Source of the DNA: Chloroherpetonaceae bacterium
Lineage (GTDB): Bacteria > Bacteroidota > Chlorobiia > Chlorobiales > Thermochlorobacteraceae
NCBI GenBank assembly: GCA_025056565.1
Contig: JANWWA010000006.1
Coordinates: 48,102 to 112,101, forward strand
DNA length: 64,000 nt
Direction of reading: 5' to 3'
The first letter of the stretch is position 1; each line of letters starts with the position of its first letter. Positions 39,801-47,043 of this stretch are shown here, piece after piece. The notes beneath the pieces were generated by a model. The model saw nothing but the letters and a program-made list of their open reading frames with translations. It made no database searches and was not told the origin of the DNA. The position numbers and the translations under genes are program-made.

Positions 39801-40905
39801 CCACGCCTACATAGCCTACAGGAAAATTGCGATTCCATGCGCCATCGACGGCTGTTGGGTCAGGACGCAAGTTAGTTTCTGAGACAGGGTTCCATGTGTA
39901 GGTAATCGAGCGACTCTGGTCAAAGACAGACACATTGCGCTGAAACTGTCGTCCAACCGCTGTACCGACTACTGAGCCAAACACTACCTTGTCGTAGTCG
40001 TAATCGCTAATGTTTTTGATTTCGTAGAGCCAGAAAATGTTGTCTTGTGCAAGAAAACTTGACCATTGTAAGCCACGTGCTTTAACTTGGAAGCCTACGC
40101 CGTAGCGGTTTGGGTCAGAGGTTGGACGGAAGCCAAACTCTTCAAACCAGCGGCGGTCTGTAGCGTCATCGAAGACGAAGTAACTTTCTTGGTCTGCATT
40201 GAAGACTCCACGCCCGAAGTAGCCGTTCCAATCCGCTTTGCCTGTTGCTGGGTTAATCCAAGTCGGTTGGTCTGGCCAGCGGTCAGGCCATGAGGAAGGA
40301 ATGTGGCTCATTGCAGGAAATTCTTCGGCGGGATTGAAAAATCCTTCAACGGGCTGCAAGCCTTCGAACTGACCATTGACGATACGATATCCTCCTCCTC
40401 GCGGTCCTTGATGCGTCGTAACATAGCGCGCTACAGCCGTTACATCTGCTGCTCGCTGTCCATTTACCACAATGTTGCGAATCGTCGTATTGAGTCGGCC
40501 ACGCGGAATGGTTACAATCTGGTTATCGCGCAGGCGTCGTCCTGTCAGAGCAGTGGTATCGTTGTTGGTGTAAATGATAGTATCGCGAAAGACGCGCTCC
40601 ACGCCGAGAATGATGTTCAGGTCGTAGATGTATTCGTTTTCATCAACCGGCCAAGCACAGGTAGGCAAGAGTGGCGCAATAAAAGTTTTGCTACCGATAA
40701 GACCATCATTTTGGAACTTTGTGCGCACGCGATTGCCATTGTGCAATCCCACACGCCGATTGGCTCGACTGCTGCGCAAATTGAGCGGAATGTTCTGTGC
40801 CATTGCGTCTATGCTCTCGCCTGCAAGTATCCAAAAGGCCAGTAGCCACACCAGTTGGTATGGGAGACGCTTGGCGCAGTGTGCAGCTGGGAAAGAGTTT
40901 CTCAT
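36802..40905 (-). CDS. very large secreted protein of unknown function with Ca-binding-like Asp/Asn loops and a T9SS-like C-terminal domain
   Basis: 1367 aa. Signal peptide (LVWLLAFWILAGESIDAMAQ). DxDxDG-like loops are encoded at 39742-39771 (DGIDNDDDWN), 39340-39381 (DLIDNNLNGIIDED), about 39083-39189 (DDGLDNNGNW..DDVGTDGRPGTGDRGENN) and 37930-37986 (NDGIDNDGDGLLDAADPDE). The C-terminus KVFPNPYIV...TIRIYTIRGELIRTL...WDLKTSENLDVAYGIYLYHVDA...GKFAVIK resembles an expanded T9SS sorting domain. Confidence 0.7.
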   Translation of the reverse strand: MRNSFPAAHCAKRLPYQLVWLLAFWILAGESIDAMAQNIPLNLRSSRANRRVGLHNGNRVRTKFQNDGLIGSKTFIAPLLPTCAWPVDENEYIYDLNIILGVERVFRDTIIYTNNDTTALTGRRLRDNQIVTIPRGRLNTTIRNIVVNGQRAADVTAVARYVTTHQGPRGGGYRIVNGQFEGLQPVEGFFNPAEEFPAMSHIPSSWPDRWPDQPTWINPATGKADWNGYFGRGVFNADQESYFVFDDATDRRWFEEFGFRPTSDPNRYGVGFQVKARGLQWSSFLAQDNIFWLYEIKNISDYDYDKVVFGSVVGTAVGRQFQRNVSVFDQSRSITYTWNPVSETNLRPDPTAVDGAWNRNFPVGYVGVAFLESPGNPFDGIDNDDDWNKIGSGPFAIPNRGTPSQFAAIPVGQISPTGYDFYEFVADVQRGIFRGENAPRVIRGGDILITINDTLIQTPARVAAGYTEPYTVSWRRAVTMPASGSITITSQGITRTISVGDTLREITGDLIDNNLNGIIDEDYRLHFRRTRLEADIVTGRSRIILLPPLRFINYIQLARNGENLNDPTRFPMIDERRDDGLDNNGNWTLLDDVGTDGRPGTGDRGENNATPTTGESAFDATDVVEADQIGLTSYKFDLSASPQMGNSDDLWRVTTPGVFDTLDLVPKDGDYTYGTGYFPLKRGQTERLSIALVFGQTADEILTNKDIVQEIYDNNYNFAGPPRPAPRLSAIPGDRRVTLYWTSEAEDYFDVFINRRIVGAEGTRRDPRAFTFEGYKIYKSTDPQFSDARVISGGQGEQRFRLAPIAQFDKINGVFGYFPLVGRGLSEQSRGVAFYLGKETGLTHTFTDTDVENGRTYYYAVAAYSRGYIPFDTLYRISRDSVIVVPNPAAAIPPSENSIGGFIDGRGRLLLSPNTVAVTPRAEQAGLRNNSPSSDTLRPSALNRGSGRVIYDLINPRKIDRDRRIQVEFRDTSNDGIDNDGDGLLDAADPDETLEPRTSFFRVLDITNPSRPDTLLRQSGIINGVFQRFLGNPALYQQTQEGDLFYRATEETALIDKIGTFFTIVNVPETRLDRAFWRVPGVRTIFEDTVPRLNAFTAQLLAPSIRGRAIRKPAEYAIVMRPGRSSPVNLIVDGVLTSLPARNTNFQVINLLTGQPERFFLDPATGSEIGEFGVNLSICEQPEGSAIDTLFSWNINISPARYFPKPGDTLFIRTKRPITAVDRFTVELKAQTEDPERVKSALDNIKVFPNPYIVTNTAEGNLVGADTRGRAARKIFFKNVPLRSTIRIYTIRGELIRTLYADNPDGNTSFGKRDRENEGVGTFSYPTSQVEWDLKTSENLDVAYGIYLYHVDAPGIGTKTGKFAVIK

Positions 40906-40938
40906 CGTCAGTTACAGCTTTCTTGCATGGGTTAGGTG

Positions 40939-43900
40939 TTACAGAGCAAAACTTACACCCACCAGCACCTGACGCGGTGGTGCAAAGAGTTGTGGTCGCC
41001 GCTGATATTCTTCTGGTGTATTGACGCTTGAGCGCACACGCGTATTTTGGAAAATGAGGTCTGGCGTCAGCAACGCAAAAGGATAGTTTCCTGACTGGTT
41101 GCTAAAATCCAGAAGGTTGTAGACCTGCACATAGAGGCTCAGCTTACTCTTGTCGAGTGTGAAGGTTTTTTGTGCGCGCACATCTAACGTGAAAGTTGCC
41201 GGCCGTGTCAGCGAGTTGGTTACAATTTCACCTCGGCTGCCACGCACAAGAATTGGGAACGGCGCATTGAGGTCAGGCGTGTAGGGGAATCCGCTGCCAA
41301 AGCGTGCAATTGCACTTAGCATCCAGCCGTCAATATCAAAATTGCCTGTCAAGTTTAAAGTGTGCGTTTGATTCCAGTCCAGCGGCACCAGTGTCGTTGG
41401 CAATGGCGCATTTGCAGCCAGTGCAAAGGCTGCAGCGGCTGGATCGGATGCATTACCTTGAGCCACTTGGAAGGTGTAATCCACGCCGAAGTTGAAGAGC
41501 TGAGAGAAGCGCTTATCGATGCGAATCGTTAGACCTCGCGTCAAGGCATAATCGGTGTTTACAAATTGTGTGTAGGCGCCTCTGTCAAAATACTCTCTAA
41601 TGAATGCGCTGCCGTTAAGGTCGCGAATGTCGTTAAAATACAGTGCCACATCGACGGAGATGTCTTCTCCAAACTGTTGCTGTAAGCCCAGTTCGCCCTT
41701 GATAGTGCGTTGCGGTTTCAGGTCAGCATTGCCAAATGGACCGCTGACACTGGCAGCAGGGTCTCGTCGAAAGAAGGGATTGCGATAAAGAAACTCGAAG
41801 TTTGGGATTTGAAAGACTTGCCCGAAGAAAAAGCGCAGCACGCTGGTCTCGGCAATCGTAAAGGCTACCCCCAAGCGTGGGCTAAGCTGCCACTTAAGAC
41901 TTGCGCGCTCATAGTTGCGACTGAGCAATTCCTGACCGTTGCGCACATAAATCGGCAGATTTTCTCGGATGTTCGGCACTACATTGCCATTTGCATCACG
42001 GGGTAAGTTTTCAGGACGGAGCGGGTCATATGGACTTGGGTCCGACGGATCTTTGGGCACGATGCCATCGGGGTAGAACACATCTAAGCGCAGCCCAAAG
42101 TTGACAATGAAGCGGTTGATTTCAAACTTATCTTGAATGTAAGCAGCAAACTCAATCGGTCGGCGGTCATAAAACTCGTAGCCTGCTTCCCCCAGTTCAG
42201 CGCGCCGCAGCCGAATCACCCCTGTTTGCAAAGAGCTTTCATCAAGAAATAGACTGGCACTTTCCAAGAGCAAGCGATGAAACTTGATATCGAAGCCTGC
42301 TTTGACCAGATTTTCCGTGTTGACCTGCGAGGCAATATCGCCCTTGATGTTAATCGTGGTTGTAGAGCGGTCGAAATACCCTGTTTGTGCACCCGTTACG
42401 AGAAATTCCTGCCCGAAATCCGCTTGTCCAGGACGATACGCTCCAGCAGGTGTCAGCCCATTGATGCCCCAATTGAGATAGCGTTTATCCAGTGGGTCTT
42501 CGTAGAGGTAGTTCTTCACGCTCACATGGAGCAGCGATGCGCCCAGTGTGAAGTAGGTTGCAGCGGAAATGGGCTGCGTAAGATTCACAATCCCGGTGTA
42601 AGAGCGGCGAAAATTATTGCTGACCCCGTCTGGAATGAACTGCCAGTCAAAGTCAAACTCTCGGAAGCGCTCATCAGAGAATTGAAACTGCGCACTGATT
42701 TTGGATAGTCCGGGTCGGAAGGTAAGCTTGCCCAGCCCAGCAAACTTTCGATAGGGGTTCATTGGCACAAACTCTCCGTTGCCCGTTGCGAACTGTCGGA
42801 AATTGTCTGTCGCTTGACTTAGCACGCGATAGACCCTAATGCCTTTGGTCGCAATTTCCGCATCGTTTCGTGGCGGATCACTGGGGTCAACAGGATAGAA
42901 GAAAAAGTCTCGTGCGTCAGGATTTTGGCGTTGGTAATCGGCAACCAGTCGGTCTCGTTCCTGCACGCTTCGTGCCGTACCAATGTAACCACCGATTCGA
43001 TTGCCCGTGAAAATGCTTGCAGGCAAAATATCACCCGGGTTAAAGATGCGCTGCCCATAGAAGCGTCCCTCGTCTTCGAAGTATCGTGCATTGACAAAGA
43101 ATGTGAGCAAGTCTTTCTGTGCATCTGCAATCGGAATCGGCCCGCTGAAACTGCCTTGAATATCGCGAGAGCCTACTGTGCGAATGTTATTGACATTTTG
43201 GAACAAATCGGTGCGCGGCGTAAGGTACCCACCGAAGAAGGTTTGTAGGTTGCCTTCGTAGTTCGTGCCCCCTTCTTTGGTTACGATGTTGATGATGGCG
43301 GACATTGCTTGACCGTACTCGGCATTGTATCCGCCTGTGAGCAGTTCCAGCTCTTGAATCGCCTGTGACTCGACGCCTAAATTGTTGATACCACGCCCCT
43401 GATTACCGTCATAGACGTCATTGACCATAAAGCCGTCGACAATGTAGGCTGCTTCCCCGCGCCGTCCGCCGCGGAAGGTCCCCCCCACTACACCAGCTTG
43501 AATCTCCAGCACCTGCGCAGGGTTCTGAATCGGAAGCGCAAGAATTTCCTCATTTCCGACGGCGGCACGAGTTGCGGTCATATCTTTGACCACCAGTGGG
43601 CGTTCAGCCGTGATGACTACCTCTTGTGCCTGCACGCTCTCAATGCGCAGCTTGAAGTCTGCTCGGGTCGTCATATCCACACTAACCTTGACGTTGCGCA
43701 GCGTTGCAGTTTGGTAGCCCACATATGAACAACGTAGCGTGTAGGTGCCGGGCGGCACATTGAGAATGACATAGTCACCGTCAATGTTGGTTTTGCCACC
43801 CAGTTTTGTGCCTTCTACCACTACAGTGGCTCCAATTAGTGGCTCATTGGTCTCTGCATCGACCACTCTGCCAGCAATCTTCCCTGTTGTGCCGAGCCAC

Positions 43901-44031
43901 TTGCCGCACTCTGACCGCTCTCGTGGCAGTGGACTTTCGCTCGCAAGCAGCGTCGGTGCACAAAGCAAAATATGCAGCAAAAGGTAACACAAGGTAGGGA
44001 AGGCGTGTGGGACTACACTGCTTGACTTCAT
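40939..44031 (-). CDS. TonB-dependent receptor with N-terminal carboxypeptidase-regulatory-like domain
   Basis: The track ORF begins at GTG 44094. ATG 44031 is preferred (purine-rich AAAGGGGA upstream; signal MKSSSVVPHAFPTLCYLLLHILLCAPTLLA), with ATG 44049 as an alternative. CarboxypepD_reg segment GKIAGRVVDAETNEPLIGATVVVEGTKLGGKTNIDGDYVILNVPPGTYTLRCSYVGYQ. Plug (AQVLEIQAGVV) and about 750 aa of barrel. Confidence 0.9.
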   Translation of the reverse strand: MKSSSVVPHAFPTLCYLLLHILLCAPTLLASESPLPRERSECGKWLGTTGKIAGRVVDAETNEPLIGATVVVEGTKLGGKTNIDGDYVILNVPPGTYTLRCSYVGYQTATLRNVKVSVDMTTRADFKLRIESVQAQEVVITAERPLVVKDMTATRAAVGNEEILALPIQNPAQVLEIQAGVVGGTFRGGRRGEAAYIVDGFMVNDVYDGNQGRGINNLGVESQAIQELELLTGGYNAEYGQAMSAIINIVTKEGGTNYEGNLQTFFGGYLTPRTDLFQNVNNIRTVGSRDIQGSFSGPIPIADAQKDLLTFFVNARYFEDEGRFYGQRIFNPGDILPASIFTGNRIGGYIGTARSVQERDRLVADYQRQNPDARDFFFYPVDPSDPPRNDAEIATKGIRVYRVLSQATDNFRQFATGNGEFVPMNPYRKFAGLGKLTFRPGLSKISAQFQFSDERFREFDFDWQFIPDGVSNNFRRSYTGIVNLTQPISAATYFTLGASLLHVSVKNYLYEDPLDKRYLNWGINGLTPAGAYRPGQADFGQEFLVTGAQTGYFDRSTTTINIKGDIASQVNTENLVKAGFDIKFHRLLLESASLFLDESSLQTGVIRLRRAELGEAGYEFYDRRPIEFAAYIQDKFEINRFIVNFGLRLDVFYPDGIVPKDPSDPSPYDPLRPENLPRDANGNVVPNIRENLPIYVRNGQELLSRNYERASLKWQLSPRLGVAFTIAETSVLRFFFGQVFQIPNFEFLYRNPFFRRDPAASVSGPFGNADLKPQRTIKGELGLQQQFGEDISVDVALYFNDIRDLNGSAFIREYFDRGAYTQFVNTDYALTRGLTIRIDKRFSQLFNFGVDYTFQVAQGNASDPAAAAFALAANAPLPTTLVPLDWNQTHTLNLTGNFDIDGWMLSAIARFGSGFPYTPDLNAPFPILVRGSRGEIVTNSLTRPATFTLDVRAQKTFTLDKSKLSLYVQVYNLLDFSNQSGNYPFALLTPDLIFQNTRVRSSVNTPEEYQRRPQLFAPPRQVLVGVSFAL

Positions 44032-44140
44032 AGAGTTCCCCTTTCTCATTGTCACAGCAACGGGTTTCCAGAGTGCCGATACCGCACTACGCACTCCTTG
44101 TTTCCCCGCTTCTCATTGTCTTGGTTTTAGGTTACAGCTA

Positions 44141-44195
44141 GCCTTTGCGCAGAGCAACTTACACCTTGAATTTGCAACCTGCGCAAGGTTTTTTT
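44141..44195 (+). promoter_or_regulatory. terminator-like hairpin plus T7 run in the leader upstream of the photolyase-family gene
   Basis: CCTTTGCGCAG (44142-44152) pairs with CTGCGCAAGG (44179-44188) with one bulged T and a 26-nt loop, followed by TTTTTTT (44189-44195). There is no plus-strand gene upstream that it could terminate. Confidence 0.3.
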
Positions 44196-44353
44196 CGTTA
44201 AGTTTTACTTTCGAAAGTTAAAACAAATCTCTCCCAGTTGCAAATTTTGCGTTGCCATCACAGCGTTTTTCTTGCATACGGCCTACTAGTAGCTGGGAGC
44301 ACAGCAAAACGAATTTCAAGCTACCGCTTGTTATTCCTGCCAAACTTCCTTCT

Positions 44354-45934
44354 ATGCAAACTTCACGCTCAACCCATACTTTTTTTCGCCGTGCAGCGTG
44401 GATTTTAGGTGACCAGCTTTCGCTGCAAAACGCTGCTTTGCTCGCTCTCGATAAGCACCAAGATGTGGTAGTAATGATTGAATCACTCGAGCATGCCACC
44501 GCCATGAATCATCACAAAGCTAAACTTCTGCTTTGCTTTTCAGCGATGCGGCACTTCCGTGATGAACTGCGTGCGCTGGGCTATACTGTTTTTTACTATG
44601 AACTACCTTGCCGCTACAATTTTCTATCGGGCTTGCAAGCACTGGTCTCGGAGCACGGTATTTGCGAACTGCTGGTCATGGAACCACACGAAATTGCGAC
44701 CGTGCGCTTTGCGGAAACATTGCCTGCATTGCTTGGCATACCAGTTCGCCTCATGCCGAACACGATGTTTCTTACCTCACGCACCGAGTTCATTGCGGAG
44801 TATCAAGGTGAGTCGCACCTTGTGATGGAAAATTACTACCGCAAGATGCGCCGAAAGCTACGTGTGTTAATGGAGAATGGTAAGCCAATTGGTGGGCAGT
44901 GGAACTTCGACAAAGCCAATCGTCACACAGCAAGAGATTTCTACGCTGCTCGCCTTTGCGTGCCTCCACTTTGGCAACCTTCCTTTGACACAATTGACCG
45001 AGAAGTCCAAGACATGGTAGAGACTTTTTTCCCAAACCACATTGGCTCTCTATCGCATTTTGCTTTACCCACTACACGCAAAGATGCTGAGCGATTTCTT
45101 GATGACTTCATTACGCACCGCCTAAGGTATTTCGGCGAGTTTGAAGACACAATGATTCAATCTGAACCCGTGCTCTTTCACTCTGTTCTTTCGCCTCTTC
45201 TCAACATCGGTTTGCTCAGCCCGATGCAGTGCGTCGAAAAAGCAGTAACCGCATTTGAAGCTGGTTTTGCACCCCTCAACTCGGTTGAAGGCTTTGTGCG
45301 TCAAATTATCGGTTGGCGTGAGTTCATCTATGGCTGCTACTGGCTTAAAATGTCCAAGACCGATTACCACGAAGAAAACTACTTTCACCATACTCGCCCC
45401 CTGCCCCAGTTTTATTGGACTGGCGACACTCCGCTCAATTGTCTTTCTCAGGTCATCAAGAAGGTGCTAAAGTATGGCTACACACACCACATTGAGCGTT
45501 TGATGATACTCGGTAATTTTGCCCTGCTGGCAGGCGTTTGCCCAAAGCAACTCAATCAATGGTTCTGGGAGCTTTATGTCGATGCATATGACTGGGTGGT
45601 TACGCCAAATGTGATGGGAATGTCGCAATTTGCAGACGGCGGCTTTGTGGCCACCAAGCCTTATTGCTCCAGTGGCGCTTACATTGAAAAGATGAGTGAT
45701 TACTGCAAATCATGCATTTACCGTGTAAAGGACAAAGTTGGTCCAAACGCTTGTCCGTTCAACTACCTTTATTGGGACTTTTTGATGAGGCACGAAGCCA
45801 AACTGCGTCCAAACCCACGCATTGGTATGATTTACGGCACACTAGATAGAAAATCTGCGGCGGAAAAAGCCGCAATTCGTGAGTCTGCCGAAGCTTTTCT
45901 GGCTTCACTGCCCGGCAACTCTTACTACACGTAG
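44354..45934 (+). CDS. cryptochrome/photolyase-family protein, FeS-BCP (CryPro / (6-4) photolyase PhrB-like) type
   Basis: The track ORF starts at 44252. I prefer ATG 44354 (MQTSRSTHTFFRRAAWILGDQLSLQN). COG3046-like N-terminus. Four Cys with spacing C-x87-C-x2-C-x12-C (LNCLSQV ... YCKSCIYRVKDKVGPNACPF), matching the [4Fe-4S] ligand spacing I recall for Agrobacterium PhrB. Confidence 0.85.
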   Translation: MQTSRSTHTFFRRAAWILGDQLSLQNAALLALDKHQDVVVMIESLEHATAMNHHKAKLLLCFSAMRHFRDELRALGYTVFYYELPCRYNFLSGLQALVSEHGICELLVMEPHEIATVRFAETLPALLGIPVRLMPNTMFLTSRTEFIAEYQGESHLVMENYYRKMRRKLRVLMENGKPIGGQWNFDKANRHTARDFYAARLCVPPLWQPSFDTIDREVQDMVETFFPNHIGSLSHFALPTTRKDAERFLDDFITHRLRYFGEFEDTMIQSEPVLFHSVLSPLLNIGLLSPMQCVEKAVTAFEAGFAPLNSVEGFVRQIIGWREFIYGCYWLKMSKTDYHEENYFHHTRPLPQFYWTGDTPLNCLSQVIKKVLKYGYTHHIERLMILGNFALLAGVCPKQLNQWFWELYVDAYDWVVTPNVMGMSQFADGGFVATKPYCSSGAYIEKMSDYCKSCIYRVKDKVGPNACPFNYLYWDFLMRHEAKLRPNPRIGMIYGTLDRKSAAEKAAIRESAEAFLASLPGNSYYT

Positions 45935-45962
45935 TGTATTTTTTCACGCCATGTAGCTTAGT

Positions 45963-47024
45963 ATGCAAAAACCTCTTCGTTTGGGTATTGTAGGCGTTGG
46001 CAAACTGGGTGAAGTGCACGCCAAATTGCTCTCTGAGCTTTCTTCGGAGCGCAAAGACGTGGTGTTTGTCGGCGTCTATGACAAGAATCCTGCCCGCTCC
46101 GCTGAGATTGCAAGACGATTTGGCACCCGCGCCTTCGCCTCTCTGGCCGAATGTGCCCAGAGCGTTGATGCCGCAATTGTTGCTACCACGACCTCTGCCC
46201 ACTTTGAAGTTGCTTCGGCGCTTATGCGCTGCGGCGTGCATCTCTTGATTGAAAAGCCAATGACCGCCACGCTCGAAGAAGCTGATCAACTTCTTAGGCT
46301 TGAGAAAGAGACTGGCGTAAAGATTCAAGTTGGGCATGTGGAACGGTTCAACCCTGCTTTTGTGGCTGTGTCGCAATACATCGGCGAGCCCGTCTTCATT
46401 ACGGCGGAGCGGCTCTCCAGCTTTTCCCGACGCGCCACAGATGTCTCTGTAGTCTTGGACTTGATGATTCATGACATTGACCTTATTCTCTCTCTGGTGC
46501 CTTCTGACATTATGCATATTTCAGCTACTGGCGTGGAAGTCTTTTCAAATGAGCTGGATATTGCAAACGCACGCTTGGAGTTTGAAAACGGTGCGACAGC
46601 CACCGTTACCGCCAGTCGCATTAGCCGCACACGTGTGCGCAAGATGCGCTTCTTTTGTCGCAATCCGCAGAGCTATGCTACGCTTGATTTGATGACGGGT
46701 AAGTCAGAAATTTTCCGCTTGCTGGATGCCCCACCTTTGCGAACCCCCTCGCTCAAAGAATTTGCGACGCAAAAGGTGCTTTCGCTTTTTGGCGACCTTG
46801 AAGGTGTGCTAAATGGCCGTGTGATTGATTTCATCAGCCCTGATGTGCCCAAAATCAATGCTCTCAAAGCCGAGCAGCAAAGTTTTATTGATGCAGTGCT
46901 CTACGACCGACCAATTTGCGTGCGTTCATCTGAAGCACGTCGTGCATTGGATATTGCTACTCGCATTACCACACGAATTGAAGATCACCTTCGCCGCCTA
47001 CGTGCACATTCCTCTACGCCTTAG
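45963..47024 (+). CDS. Gfo/Idh/MocA-family NAD(P)-dependent oxidoreductase
   Basis: 353 aa. Rossmann N-terminus LRLGIVGVGKLGEVHAKLL. LLIEKPMT and the GHVERFNPAF motif are typical of the family. Confidence 0.85.
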   Translation: MQKPLRLGIVGVGKLGEVHAKLLSELSSERKDVVFVGVYDKNPARSAEIARRFGTRAFASLAECAQSVDAAIVATTTSAHFEVASALMRCGVHLLIEKPMTATLEEADQLLRLEKETGVKIQVGHVERFNPAFVAVSQYIGEPVFITAERLSSFSRRATDVSVVLDLMIHDIDLILSLVPSDIMHISATGVEVFSNELDIANARLEFENGATATVTASRISRTRVRKMRFFCRNPQSYATLDLMTGKSEIFRLLDAPPLRTPSLKEFATQKVLSLFGDLEGVLNGRVIDFISPDVPKINALKAEQQSFIDAVLYDRPICVRSSEARRALDIATRITTRIEDHLRRLRAHSSTP

Positions 47025-47043
47025 GAGAGACAGACACTTACTG

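Noticed and set aside
45759-46517. 252-aa minus-strand ORF antisense to the Gfo/Idh/MocA gene and the photolyase 3' end
   Set aside because: The plus-strand products have clear family motifs (Rossmann GIVGVGKLG, EKPM). The antisense translation is Arg/His-rich with no features. The same reasoning applies to 52045-52608 (antisense to the Pro-rich tonB spacer), 34816-35265, 40303-40845 and the other long shadow ORFs inside large genes.
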